A stretch of 64,000 nucleotides of DNA, from NCBI GenBank assembly GCA_963675525.2, contig CAXXSL010000013.1:96001-160000 (forward strand), written 5' to 3'. The stretch comes from Anaerohalosphaeraceae bacterium (GTDB lineage Bacteria > Planctomycetota > Phycisphaerae > Sedimentisphaerales > Anaerohalosphaeraceae). Under the pieces are notes generated by a model. The model was not told where the DNA came from. It did not search any database and saw only the letters and a program-made list of their open reading frames with translations. Shown in pieces: positions 39,805 through 49,845 of this stretch. Every line of letters begins with the position of its first letter. Position 1 is the stretch's first letter. Both the position numbers and the translations under genes were made by a program.

Positions 39805-41229
39805 CTAAGCACCCCTGCGTTTGATCCGGTAGTCATGGCCCGGCATATCTTCAAGCACAAACCCTTTGGCCGTCAGCTCATCGCGAATTTCATCGGCCCG
39901 TGCCCAGTTCTTCGACAGCTTGGCTTGTTTACGTTCTTCGGCCAATTCCATAATTTCCGGCGGTATTTCATCGCCGACGGTCTCCAGTACGCCCAGTACC
40001 GAGTCAATTTTTTCTATCGCTTCGAGAATTGCCTGAGCTTCAGCCATATTCGCGTCGGTCAATTTATTGGCCTCTTTGACAAGCTCGAACACACCCGCCA
40101 ATGCCTTTGACATATTCAGATCATCCGACAGGGCTTCGTCAAAATCATTGATCGCTTTTTCAATAAAAGCGGTCACTTCATCCCGAACCATATCGCCCTG
40201 GCCGCTAACCTGCCGGAGCAGGAAGGCGCATTGGCTGATCTTATCAATTGCCTGTTCGGCGGCCTTCAATCCGTCAAAAGTAAAATTGTAGTTCTGACGG
40301 TAATGCGAAGAGATCAGTGCGTACCGGATCGCGTTTTTCTTAAAGCCTTTTTCAACCAGTTCCTGAATCGTATAAAGATTGCCCTTGGACTTGGACATTT
40401 TTTCACCATCGAACATCAAGAAACGGGCATGCATCCAGTACCGGACCCATTTTTTGCCGGAAGCCCCTTCGGATTGTGCGATCTCACATTCATGGTGCGG
40501 GAAGATATTGTCCTCACCGCCGGTATGAAAATCAAACTGCTGACCCAGATATTTGGTACTCATCGCCGAGCATTCAATATGCCAGCCGGGGAATCCCCTG
40601 CCCCACGGACTGTCCCACTGCTGGATATGGCGGGGGTCATGCTTCCACAGCGCAAAGTCCTGCGGATTTTTTTTCTCGGCGTTGACTTCGATTCTTGCTC
40701 CGGCGTTCAGATCATCCAGCGTATTGCCGGACAATCGGCCGTAGTCGTTGAACGTCGTCACATCATAATACACATTATGACCGACCACATAGGCATGGCC
40801 CTTCTCGATCAGTGTCCGAACCATGTCTATCATTTCATGAATATGTTCGGTCGCCCGCGGGTAACTGTCGGCAGGTTTTATATTCAGCATCTTGCTGGCC
40901 GTCATAAACGAATCGATATAGATCTGCGCGATTTCCAGCGGGTCTTTTTTCTCTTTGCGTGCCGCTTCTTCGAGTTTGTCGGCACCCTCATCGGCATCGT
41001 CGAGCAAATGTCCGACATCGGTGATGTTCATAATATGCGATACGGCAAAGCCCTTAAACTCAAAAAACCGTTTCAGCAAGTCGGCCATCAGAAAGGATCG
41101 AAAATTACCGATATGCGGATGCGAATAGACGGTCGGGCCGCAACTATATATTTTAACGTTACCCGCCTCGACCGGCTCAAACGGCTCGACTTTTTTTGAG
41201 TAGGTGTTATAAAATCTAATATCACTCAT
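39805..41229 (-). CDS. cysS: Cysteine--tRNA ligase
   Basis: CGPTVY, HIGN, PGWHIECSAM, FPHHECE, KMSKS. Confidence 0.99.
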   Translation of the reverse strand: MSDIRFYNTYSKKVEPFEPVEAGNVKIYSCGPTVYSHPHIGNFRSFLMADLLKRFFEFKGFAVSHIMNITDVGHLLDDADEGADKLEEAARKEKKDPLEIAQIYIDSFMTASKMLNIKPADSYPRATEHIHEMIDMVRTLIEKGHAYVVGHNVYYDVTTFNDYGRLSGNTLDDLNAGARIEVNAEKKNPQDFALWKHDPRHIQQWDSPWGRGFPGWHIECSAMSTKYLGQQFDFHTGGEDNIFPHHECEIAQSEGASGKKWVRYWMHARFLMFDGEKMSKSKGNLYTIQELVEKGFKKNAIRYALISSHYRQNYNFTFDGLKAAEQAIDKISQCAFLLRQVSGQGDMVRDEVTAFIEKAINDFDEALSDDLNMSKALAGVFELVKEANKLTDANMAEAQAILEAIEKIDSVLGVLETVGDEIPPEIMELAEERKQAKLSKNWARADEIRDELTAKGFVLEDMPGHDYRIKRRGA

Positions 41230-41250
41230 TGCTCTGTCATTCTCTAAAAA

Positions 41251-41281
41251 AATCTGTGTCATCTCACGTTAATCTGTGTTA
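41251..41281. repeat. Degenerate solo arm of the AATCTGTG repeat family
   Basis: aatctgtgtc-atctcacgtt-aatctgtgtt between ispF and cysS. Confidence 0.5.
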
Positions 41282-41294
41282 AATTTTATAACGT

Positions 41295-41795
41295 TCATTT
41301 AATCCGTCTTCGCATTAAAACACTCACTGTCGACGCGATCGCCTTGCCTTCGCCGACGGCGTCCAGACCTTCATTGGTCTTGGCCTTGATGTTGACATTG
41401 GCGAAATCTGTATCCAGCAGACCGGCAATGGCTCGCTTGATCTGTCCCTTATGATTACCAAGCTTCGGAGCCTGAGCATGAATGATCACGTCCAGATTCA
41501 CAACCTCCCAGTGGTCTTTTTTGAATTTCTCCCGGACCCGTAATGTCAGGTCCCGGCTGTCGGCATCCTGCCACTGCGGGTCCGTATCCGGAAACAGCAT
41601 CCCGATATCGCCCTGCCCGGTTGCACCGAGCACCCCATCCATGACGGCATGAAGGACGACATCCCCGTCGCTGTGCCCCAACAGGCCCAGTCCAAACGGT
41701 ATCTCGACCCCGCCCATGATCAGCGGCCGGTCCGGCACCAACCGATGGATGTCGGTTCCGATGCCTGTTCGATATTCATACTGAAAGCCATCCAT
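41295..41795 (-). CDS. ispF: 2-C-methyl-D-erythritol 2,4-cyclodiphosphate synthase
   Basis: GIGTDIH, GHSDGDV, GDIG.LFPD, NIKAKTNE. Confidence 0.97.
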   Translation of the reverse strand: MDGFQYEYRTGIGTDIHRLVPDRPLIMGGVEIPFGLGLLGHSDGDVVLHAVMDGVLGATGQGDIGMLFPDTDPQWQDADSRDLTLRVREKFKKDHWEVVNLDVIIHAQAPKLGNHKGQIKRAIAGLLDTDFANVNIKAKTNEGLDAVGEGKAIASTVSVLMRRRIK

Positions 41796-41799
41796 GGTT

Positions 41800-42384
41800 C
41801 TACAGAATCCCCTTTGTGCTGGGCACATCGGTGCCGACGATTTTAACGGCGACCCCAATCGCCTGGCCCAGGGCCTTGAAAATCGCCTCGGCAATATGGT
41901 GGCTGTTGGCCCCGTAAGGCACTTCGGTGTGGAGGTTAAATTTGCCGACGGTTGAAAAACTCCGCAGGAATTCCTCTACACATTCGACATCGAACTCGCC
42001 GATCTTCTCGCTGGGGAAAGCAACCTTATAAACCAAAAACGGCCTGCCGGATAAATCCACCGTCACCTCCGCTTTGGCGTCTTCCATCGGGACAATGCTG
42101 TGACCGTAACGGGCGATACCCTTTTTATCCGCCAATGCCTTGCAGAGCGCCTCGCCGATGCAAATGCCTACATCTTCAATTGTATGATGCGCATCGATTT
42201 CAAGATCGCCTTTGGCCTTGACGACCATGTCAATCTTACTGTGTTTGCTCAGATGCGTCAGCATGTGGTCGAAAAAACCGACTCCGGTATTGATGTCGTA
42301 CCGGCCCTGACCATCGAGATTCAGCTCAATCACAATATCCGTTTCATTCGTCTTACGCTCAATTTTTGACTTCCGTTCAGCCAT
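41800..42384 (-). CDS. hisB: Imidazoleglycerol-phosphate dehydratase
   Basis: RKTNETDI, DAHHTIED, NSHHIAE, PSTKG. Confidence 0.98.
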   Translation of the reverse strand: MAERKSKIERKTNETDIVIELNLDGQGRYDINTGVGFFDHMLTHLSKHSKIDMVVKAKGDLEIDAHHTIEDVGICIGEALCKALADKKGIARYGHSIVPMEDAKAEVTVDLSGRPFLVYKVAFPSEKIGEFDVECVEEFLRSFSTVGKFNLHTEVPYGANSHHIAEAIFKALGQAIGVAVKIVGTDVPSTKGIL

Positions 42385-42395
42385 ATCTATTTCCC

Positions 42396-43442
42396 TTAAC
42401 CCATTATTTCTTTCAGCGCGTCCAGCAACTGATCATTCTGCTGCGGCGTACCAATGGTAATCCGTAATTTATCTTCCAGCCCCGGCAGATCAAAATATCG
42501 CACAAAAATATTTCGCTCGACCAAAGCATCATAAACGTCTTTTGCCTCTTTTTTAACGCTGCGAGCCAGAATGAAGTTGGTCTGGCTGTCAGAAGCCTCA
42601 AAACCGAGCGTTCGCAACTGTTCGCTCAGGCGGCTGCGTTCGATTCTGACTTTTTCGACATTGGCCTTATGATATTTTTGATCCAGGATCGCGGCCGTCG
42701 CAGCGGCAATCGCCACCGCATCCACCGGATACGAATCTTTAACCTTCTGCAATCCTTCGATCAGACGGGGGCCGGCAATCCCGAAACCAAACCGCAGACC
42801 CGCCAGTGAATAGCCTTTACTCATGGAACGAAGCAAAATGACATTGTCAAAATCAGCAACCAATTCAATCGCAGTTTGTTCGGCAAAATCGACATAGGCC
42901 TCGTCGATCAGCAGCACGCCGGCAAGGCGACCCGCCAGTTTTGCCAAAGCGTCAACAGGCAACAGGTCAGACGTCGGAGCATTGGGGTTGCAGACTATGG
43001 TTAGTGCGGCGTTGATTTCGGCCAGCGGCTCCAATGAACCCGTTGCGTCACGATCAATTTCGATTGCCTCGCAGCCATGCAATTGTGCCAGCACCGGATA
43101 GAGCGAATAGGTCGGCTGGGCATAGGCCGCGGGGCGACCGGCATCACAGCAGGCACGAACGCAAATATTCAGCAGGTCGTCACCGCCGTTGGTGCAGACG
43201 ATATTTTCGGGCCGGACACCCAGAACCTTCGCGGCGGCGGTACAAAACACATCCGCTCCCGGGTCCGGGTATCGCCGGAGGTTTTCCGAGGGCAGCTCCG
43301 CAATGGCCTTTAAGACGTTGGGCGAAGGCGGATAGGGATTTTCATTGGTGTTCAGCTTGACCACATCGGCCGTTTTTGGCTGAAAACCGGGGGTATAGCC
43401 CGCCATTTGCTCAATTGTCTCACGAAAATAAGTCATCGACAC
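42396..43442 (-). CDS. hisC: Histidinol-phosphate aminotransferase
   Basis: KLNTNENPY, NPNAP, IDEAY, RSMSKGYSLAGLRFG. Confidence 0.95.
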   Translation of the reverse strand: MSMTYFRETIEQMAGYTPGFQPKTADVVKLNTNENPYPPSPNVLKAIAELPSENLRRYPDPGADVFCTAAAKVLGVRPENIVCTNGGDDLLNICVRACCDAGRPAAYAQPTYSLYPVLAQLHGCEAIEIDRDATGSLEPLAEINAALTIVCNPNAPTSDLLPVDALAKLAGRLAGVLLIDEAYVDFAEQTAIELVADFDNVILLRSMSKGYSLAGLRFGFGIAGPRLIEGLQKVKDSYPVDAVAIAAATAAILDQKYHKANVEKVRIERSRLSEQLRTLGFEASDSQTNFILARSVKKEAKDVYDALVERNIFVRYFDLPGLEDKLRITIGTPQQNDQLLDALKEIMG

Positions 43443-43609
43443 ACCTTTCTTATACCAGTCTCTGCAAGATTATACCGGCCTTGGCTTATCGACAAAAGAA
43501 GATTTTGAAAAAGTTAAGGACACTCCGGATAAGAATATGACAATGCGAGGAAATATCATTACGCAATCTTGAAAATCCTACTCGTGGGATTTATGACCCG
43601 TATCAGGGT

Positions 43610-44455
43610 CTATTTGCCGCAGTAGTCGATGAGCCGGCCGATCTCGCTTCGCAGTTTCTTACGATTGACGATCATATCGACAAAACCATGCTCGACAAGA
43701 AATTCGGCGGTTTGAAATCCTTCGGGGAGTTCTATCTTAATGGTCTGCTGAATGACGCGCGGCCCGGCAAATCCGATCAGGGCTTTGGGTTCGGCAATGA
43801 TGACATCACCCAGCATGGCGAAACTGGCCGCCACGCCGCCGGTCGTCGGGTCGGTCAGAACGGAAATGTACAAACCGCCCGTCTGGTCGTACCGTGCCAG
43901 CGCGGCACTGGTTTTGGCCATCTGCTGCAGCGCCACCAGCCCTTCATGCATCCGCGCCCCGCCGGAGCAACAAACGACAACAAACGGCAGCGATTCTTCA
44001 ATCGCCCGATCCACCGCCTGGCAGAACTTTTCCCCGACGACCATACCCATCGAGCCGCCTAAAAAGGAGAAATTCATCACTGCCAGCATCACACCGCGGC
44101 CGCGGATGAATGCTTTGCCGGCCAGCATAGCCTCGTGTGCGGACATCTGTTCGGGGTCCACCTTGATACGGTCCTTGTAGTTCTGCTCGCCCCATGTGAA
44201 CTTCAGCGGGTCGCTGCTGGCCAGGTCCGGACCAAGTTCTTCGAAGGAACCTTCGTCGACAAGCTGCCGAATACGGGTCGCCCCGTCAATACGGAAATGA
44301 TGGTCGCATTCAGGACAAATACCCATATTTTCATCGACCGTTTTCTGGTACAGCATATTCTTGCAGGAAGGGCAGGACAGCCACAGACCTTCCGGCATTT
44401 CCTTACGGGGCTTTAGTGAATACCCATTCCAGCTCGATTTATTTTTTTTGGCCAT
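43610..44455 (-). CDS. accD: Acetyl-CoA carboxylase carboxyltransferase beta subunit
   Basis: C4 zinc finger, GGSMG, SGGARMHEG, PTTGGV, IGFAGPRVI. Confidence 0.98.
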   Translation of the reverse strand: MAKKNKSSWNGYSLKPRKEMPEGLWLSCPSCKNMLYQKTVDENMGICPECDHHFRIDGATRIRQLVDEGSFEELGPDLASSDPLKFTWGEQNYKDRIKVDPEQMSAHEAMLAGKAFIRGRGVMLAVMNFSFLGGSMGMVVGEKFCQAVDRAIEESLPFVVVCCSGGARMHEGLVALQQMAKTSAALARYDQTGGLYISVLTDPTTGGVAASFAMLGDVIIAEPKALIGFAGPRVIQQTIKIELPEGFQTAEFLVEHGFVDMIVNRKKLRSEIGRLIDYCGK

Positions 44456-44493
44456 CTAAACGTTTCTTTTTATCGTCTTTCGTTCCCCGGCAA

Positions 44494-45174
44494 TCAGCCT
44501 TCCATAGCCTGCCGTATCGCCGCAATCGCCGCGGCCCGGTTCTGTTTTCCAAAGACGGCGTTGCCGGCAACAAATGTATCGGCACCATAATCCCTGACAC
44601 GGGTAACCGTTGTCGCATAAATACCGCCGTCCACCTCAATGCGGATATCGGGACCGACAATTTCACGAATCCGTCGGCATTTTTGGGCTGCCTCGTCAAT
44701 AAAGGACTGTCCGCCGAAGCCGGGATGAACCGTCATCACCAGCACCATATCGCAAAGTGGCGCGACTTCCTCAACTGCCTCAACAGGCGTTTCAGGATTC
44801 AATGTCACCCCGACCGTTACTCCTGAGCTTCGTAATTCATCGATAAACTCAACAGGTTTGTCGACTGTCTCAATATGGAACGTAATATGGTCGGAACCGG
44901 CCTTAATAAATTCCGGGGCATATTTTTCCGGATCGGTAATCATCAAATGAGTATCCAGTACCGCATCCGTACATTGACGTATCCATTTAACGACCGGCGG
45001 ACCAATCGTAATATTCGGTACAAAATGCCCGTCCATGACATCCAGATGCACAATATGAATTCCGGCATCCGTTACTTGGGCGATTTCTGCTCTTAAATTC
45101 GCAAAATCCGCACTCAGGATAGACGGTGCAATTTCAAGTGTGCCGGCTTTTGGTAATTTGTGCCTGTTCATCAT
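44494..45174 (-). CDS. rpe: Ribulose-phosphate 3-epimerase
   Basis: IAPSILSADF, HLDVMDGHFVPN, MTVHPGFGGQ, EVDGG; start ATG 45174 or 45171. Confidence 0.97.
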   Translation of the reverse strand: MMNRHKLPKAGTLEIAPSILSADFANLRAEIAQVTDAGIHIVHLDVMDGHFVPNITIGPPVVKWIRQCTDAVLDTHLMITDPEKYAPEFIKAGSDHITFHIETVDKPVEFIDELRSSGVTVGVTLNPETPVEAVEEVAPLCDMVLVMTVHPGFGGQSFIDEAAQKCRRIREIVGPDIRIEVDGGIYATTVTRVRDYGADTFVAGNAVFGKQNRAAAIAAIRQAMEG

Positions 45175-45186
45175 TCTTCTTTTTTT

Positions 45187-45258
45187 GACACAGATTAACG
45201 CAGATTCCACAGATAAAATATTTTTTATTAATCCGTGAAGTCCGCGTAATCTATGGTT
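45187..45258. repeat. Gene-less inverted pair of 9-10-mer arrays between pgk and rpe
   Basis: gacacagattaacgcagattccacagat, AT spacer, aatccgtgaagtccgcgtaatctatggtt. Confidence 0.7.
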
Positions 45259-45265
45259 CCTTTTT

Positions 45266-46504
45266 TTATTTTTCGTCCAGGATCGCCAGGCATTTAAACT
45301 TCTTGCCTTCAAGAAATTCCAAACTGGCGCCGCCGCCGGTAGAGATGTGGCTGACCTGGTCCTGCAGACCCATTTGCATAATCGCACTGGCGCTGTCGCC
45401 GCCGCCGATGATACTGCGGGCTCCCTTACTGGTTGCACCGGCGACCGCTGTCGCAACCGCCTTGGTTCCAACCGCAAATGGTTCCATTTCAAAGACGCCC
45501 ATTGGTCCGTTCCAGACGATTGTTTTGGCGTTTAGGAGCTTGGACGCAAATAATTCCGCCGTTTCCGGCCCGATGTCCAGACCTTCCCAGCCGTCTTCGA
45601 TATCGCCTTCAATCACCTTATGTTCGGCGTCGGCCTTAAATGCTGTGGCCACCACCGTATCGACTGGCAGAACGAGTTCACAACCGATCTCCTGGGCCTG
45701 TCCCATCAGTTTGACGGCCTTGTCCACAAAGTCATCCTCGCACAGACTGTTGCCGACCCGCTTGCCCTGTGCCTTGAAGAAGGTGTAGGCCATAGCACCG
45801 CCAATCAGAATCGTGTCAACCTTCGTCATCAGATTTTCAATGACCGCAATTTTATCCGAAACCTTCGCTCCGCCCAAAATCGCCACAAAGGGTTTTTCCG
45901 GGTTATCCACGGTCTCGCCGAGGAATTTCAGCTCTTTTTCAATCAGGAAACCGGAGACACGGGGCTTGCCTTCCATCATACAGGGCACGGTATACATCGA
46001 CGCATTATCACGGTGAGCCGTGCCAAACGCATCATCCACATACACGTCCGCCAGTTCCGCAAGCTGTTTGGCGAAATCATCCTTGGCCTGGCGCAACTGG
46101 GCATCTTCCTTGGCGGCCTTATCCTTGATCGTTTCTTCCTTATGGAAACGAACATTTTCCAGCAGCAGTACATCGCCGGCCTTTAGCGCCGCGGCTTTGG
46201 CCTTGACATCTTCACCGATACAATCGTTGGCAAAGAGAACCTCCTTACTCAGCAGTTCGCCCAATCGCTTAGCAACCGGGGCCAGCGAAAATTTCGCTTC
46301 CGGCTCACCTTTGGGACGCCCCAGGTGGCTCATCAGAATCAGCGAACCACCACCGGACAGGACATGCTTGATGGTCGGCATCGCCTGCACAATCCGGTTA
46401 TCATTCGTAATCGTTTGGTTCTCATCCAGCGGTACATTGAAATCGCATCGCAACAGAACCCGTTTGTCTTTTACTTCAATATCCGCAACTGTTTTTTTTG
46501 CCAT
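45266..46504 (-). CDS. pgk: Phosphoglycerate kinase
   Basis: DFNVPL, SHLGRP, DAFGTAHR, GGAKVSDK, STGGGASLE. Confidence 0.99.
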   Translation of the reverse strand: MAKKTVADIEVKDKRVLLRCDFNVPLDENQTITNDNRIVQAMPTIKHVLSGGGSLILMSHLGRPKGEPEAKFSLAPVAKRLGELLSKEVLFANDCIGEDVKAKAAALKAGDVLLLENVRFHKEETIKDKAAKEDAQLRQAKDDFAKQLAELADVYVDDAFGTAHRDNASMYTVPCMMEGKPRVSGFLIEKELKFLGETVDNPEKPFVAILGGAKVSDKIAVIENLMTKVDTILIGGAMAYTFFKAQGKRVGNSLCEDDFVDKAVKLMGQAQEIGCELVLPVDTVVATAFKADAEHKVIEGDIEDGWEGLDIGPETAELFASKLLNAKTIVWNGPMGVFEMEPFAVGTKAVATAVAGATSKGARSIIGGGDSASAIMQMGLQDQVSHISTGGGASLEFLEGKKFKCLAILDEK

Positions 46505-46551
46505 AATATAAGCCTTTCTATCGTAAAAAAGCTGTTTTTTGTTCGCTATTC

Positions 46552-46590
46552 AAACAAAAGCCCGCACGGAATGCGGGCTTTTTGTTGTTT
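46552..46590 (-). terminator. Terminator or attenuating hairpin between gap and pgk
   Basis: AAAAGCCCGCA-CGGAA-TGCGGGCTTTT. Confidence 0.75.
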
Positions 46591-46628
46591 TTGATAACGT
46601 CATTTGCCCGTATCGGGCGCTTATCATA

Positions 46629-47639
46629 CTACATTGCGGCAAGTTTTGCAATGATATCAACGGTCCGGTTTGAATACCCCCACTCGTTGTCATACCAGCT
46701 AACAACCTTGACGGTCTTGCCCTGCACCATCGTGCACAGCGAATCAAAGATGCTCGAATAGGTATTGCCGATGATGTCGCTGCTGACGATCGGCTCATCG
46801 CAGTAAGCCAGAATGCCCTTCAGAGAACCTTCAGCGGCTTTCTTGATAGCGGCGTTCACTTCATCCTTGGTCACTTCCTTGCCCAGGTCGGCAACGAGGT
46901 CCACACAACTGCCGGTAATGACCGGAACACGCAGTGCGTAACCGTCCAGTTTGCCCTTCAGAGCCGGCAGAACAAGCCCGACAGCCTTGGCGGCACCGGT
47001 CGTTGTCGGAATGATGTTTTGAGCGGCCGCACGGGCACGACGCAGGTCACTGTGAATCTGGTCGCAAACGTTTTGGTCGTTGGTGTAACCGTGAACGGTA
47101 ACCATCATGCCTTTTTCAATACCGAATGCTTCGTGCAGCGCCTTCGCCAGCGGAGCCAGGCAGTTGGTCGTGCAGCTTGCGTTTGAAACAGACTTGGTCG
47201 CTGCGGTAATCTGACCATCGTTCACGCCCATCACCACCGTCGCATCAATGTCGTCCTTGGCCGGAACGGTCAGAACAACCTTCTTGGCGCCGGCAACGAT
47301 GTGGTCTTCATAACCGCCCTTTTCAGAAGTTTTAGAACGGAAGATACCGGTGGACTCAACAGCAACGTCAACTTTCAGCTCTTTCCACGGCAGTTCCTTG
47401 GGATTGCGGATAGCAGTCACCTTGACACTTTTGCCGTCGATCACGATGGCATCGTCTTTGCCTTCGACGGTACCCTTGTAGGGACCGAATACGGTGTCAT
47501 ATTTGAACAGGTGCGCCAGACTCTTGGCCGGAGCCAGGTCATTGATCGCAACCAGTTCCATATCCTTACGCTCCATCAAAATGCGGGCGACTGCACGGCC
47601 GATACGACCGAAACCATTAATTGCAACTTTTGTTGCCAT
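46629..47639 (-). CDS. gap: Type I glyceraldehyde-3-phosphate dehydrogenase
   Basis: [27 protein letters not shown]. Confidence 0.99.
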   Translation of the reverse strand: MATKVAINGFGRIGRAVARILMERKDMELVAINDLAPAKSLAHLFKYDTVFGPYKGTVEGKDDAIVIDGKSVKVTAIRNPKELPWKELKVDVAVESTGIFRSKTSEKGGYEDHIVAGAKKVVLTVPAKDDIDATVVMGVNDGQITAATKSVSNASCTTNCLAPLAKALHEAFGIEKGMMVTVHGYTNDQNVCDQIHSDLRRARAAAQNIIPTTTGAAKAVGLVLPALKGKLDGYALRVPVITGSCVDLVADLGKEVTKDEVNAAIKKAAEGSLKGILAYCDEPIVSSDIIGNTYSSIFDSLCTMVQGKTVKVVSWYDNEWGYSNRTVDIIAKLAAM

Positions 47640-47805
47640 CGTAAATCTCCTGTAACTTAAAAAAAACTTGTTTATCTACATACTGTCCCTGTTCTCGGGC
47701 AGATATACGGAAGCGACAATGTAGAACCACACGAGGTGATTGTCAAGAATTTTATGCGAAATAAAGGGTTTTTTGTACCGGACTATGACGACCTCTTATA
47801 TCCCT

Positions 47806-49749
47806 CTACCTTGTCTTTTCGTTAAATATTTCTGCCAATGCCATCCCTACCGGCTTGAGATTCCCCTCAAAATCAACGATTGAGGTGTTTGCCATACAAG
47901 GAAAGCTGTCATGCCCCATCCATAGAATCACGCCGCCGCATTGAGGAAACCGTTCTTTGCAGGTCTTAACTGCCGTGGTAAGAATCTTCGATTGCCGCTG
48001 CTGGCCCCACTCAACATAGTCTTCAAGCGTTTCAGGGGTGCGGCCGTTTTCCTTTATGTATTGGTCGATTTGAAGCCACCAACTGGTCCGCCGCCACAGC
48101 GGATTTTTCAGTTCCGGCAGCAGATCAAGATTTCCCGCGTATTTTCGAATTAACGCTGCGCTGCTCGGTCCCGGAGCACCAAGTTCAGAGCGGAAAAGCG
48201 AATCATCTTGTTGCCAGTAACTTAACCAGCGTTCATCCAGTTCGCCGTCAACCTTCCATGGTCCATGCACATCCCAGTGCAGCCCCCTGCCGTAATTTTC
48301 CTGAGCCCCAAGAAACGACGGCCCGGAAGGTGATGTCGGAATAAATCGATGCTGAGCATCTTTCTGCTTAATGAGATTAAACGCGTTCCGGAACATTGGG
48401 TGCTCAAGCCCCAGAGGAGTAACGTCTACATTTGTCAGTTCATTGCCGCCGCTCCAGAGCAATAAGCAGGCATGGTGATGTAAACGACTGACATAGGAAT
48501 GAACGATCTCCATGTATTGACCAACCATCTGTTCATCATCCGGCGGATAATTTTCAATCCCCGATGACGAAAGCGGTAATTCCTGCCAAACCAGCAAACC
48601 AAGCTGGTCGCACAGGTCATAAAAGCAGGGTTTTTCCAGGGTGGCTCCTCCCCAGACCCTGAGAACATTCAACCCCATCGACCGATACAATTTCAGCCTC
48701 TTGCGATACTCATCTTCGCTGACATCCGCAAAATTCGGCCTGATAGGCGTCCAGTTGACCCCTTGCAGGAAAACATTCCGGCCGTTTATCATGCATATCC
48801 AGGGGTCTGCGCCTTCGGGAGCATTGAGACAATCCCGCCATTCGATACGCTTAAATCCTATCGACTTATTGAACCGGTCAAACTGCCGGCCTGTCTTATC
48901 TTTCAGTCTCACTTCCAGCTCATAGAGTTGCCCATCGCCAAGACCGTTCGGCCACCAGGGCTGAATATCCAAAGCCCCGAGCTTAAATCCATTTTCTTGA
49001 AATTCCGTTACCGAGATAGACTCGGAGAAAACAGTTTTTGCCTTATCGTAAAGTTTGACCTCCAGTTCAAGCCCATCAGATGCACACGATGAGCCGGTCA
49101 ATGCAATGCTGCCGCGTTGGCTGTCAACATCATAGTCGGTCTGAATGAAAATCTCCCCAATAGCATTTTCAGGAATTTCTTCAATGTAAATATCCTGCCA
49201 GATTCCGATTTGAACCAGCCGGCTTGTCCAGTCCCATGTATAATAGAAGCGGGGTTTCCAATCACGAATTTCAGATGAACGGTGAAACTGTCCCAGCCAT
49301 CTCGGCGGACATTCAAACATGATCTGCAGAAGGTTGGATTCCGCATTTAAATCGGTAAGTTCAACCACGTGCTCAACATGACAATTTGCAAAATCATAGA
49401 TAACGTTGCCGTTTAAATAGATCTGCCCCTGATGGTCAAGACCCAGCGCTCGTAATTGATATCTTTTGCCGGCTTCGAACCAATGTTCCGGCAGATAAGT
49501 TTCATAAAGCCAATGCCTGTTTTCGGCCCACTCACTATCCCTGGCGTTCATGCCGATATTCCAATCGGATACGATGCCGGAATCAAGCAGCGCCTTTTGC
49601 ACAGAGCCCGGCACGCTGGCTGGAATCGTATCAATATCCGGGTTACAGGAAGTTCCAACCTCACGACATCCACCCATTTGCCACTCATAGGGAATATAGC
49701 CTGTTAAATTCCATTGGAGTTCTGAAGCTTTATAGTGTTTTAAAGTCAT
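47806..49749 (-). CDS. Glycoside hydrolase family 2, beta-mannosidase-like
   Basis: QPWWPNGLG, LRVWGG, FYDLCDQLGLLVWQE, WSGGNEL (acid/base), FRSELG (nucleophile). Confidence 0.88.
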   Translation of the reverse strand: MTLKHYKASELQWNLTGYIPYEWQMGGCREVGTSCNPDIDTIPASVPGSVQKALLDSGIVSDWNIGMNARDSEWAENRHWLYETYLPEHWFEAGKRYQLRALGLDHQGQIYLNGNVIYDFANCHVEHVVELTDLNAESNLLQIMFECPPRWLGQFHRSSEIRDWKPRFYYTWDWTSRLVQIGIWQDIYIEEIPENAIGEIFIQTDYDVDSQRGSIALTGSSCASDGLELEVKLYDKAKTVFSESISVTEFQENGFKLGALDIQPWWPNGLGDGQLYELEVRLKDKTGRQFDRFNKSIGFKRIEWRDCLNAPEGADPWICMINGRNVFLQGVNWTPIRPNFADVSEDEYRKRLKLYRSMGLNVLRVWGGATLEKPCFYDLCDQLGLLVWQELPLSSSGIENYPPDDEQMVGQYMEIVHSYVSRLHHHACLLLWSGGNELTNVDVTPLGLEHPMFRNAFNLIKQKDAQHRFIPTSPSGPSFLGAQENYGRGLHWDVHGPWKVDGELDERWLSYWQQDDSLFRSELGAPGPSSAALIRKYAGNLDLLPELKNPLWRRTSWWLQIDQYIKENGRTPETLEDYVEWGQQRQSKILTTAVKTCKERFPQCGGVILWMGHDSFPCMANTSIVDFEGNLKPVGMALAEIFNEKTR

Positions 49750-49845
49750 TGGAATCTCTTTTAAATTGTTATCAATTATAAAGGGTAGACATCTTTTTCA
49801 ACATTTTACAATCGCTATCATAAACGACTCAAACGGCAAATCAAC

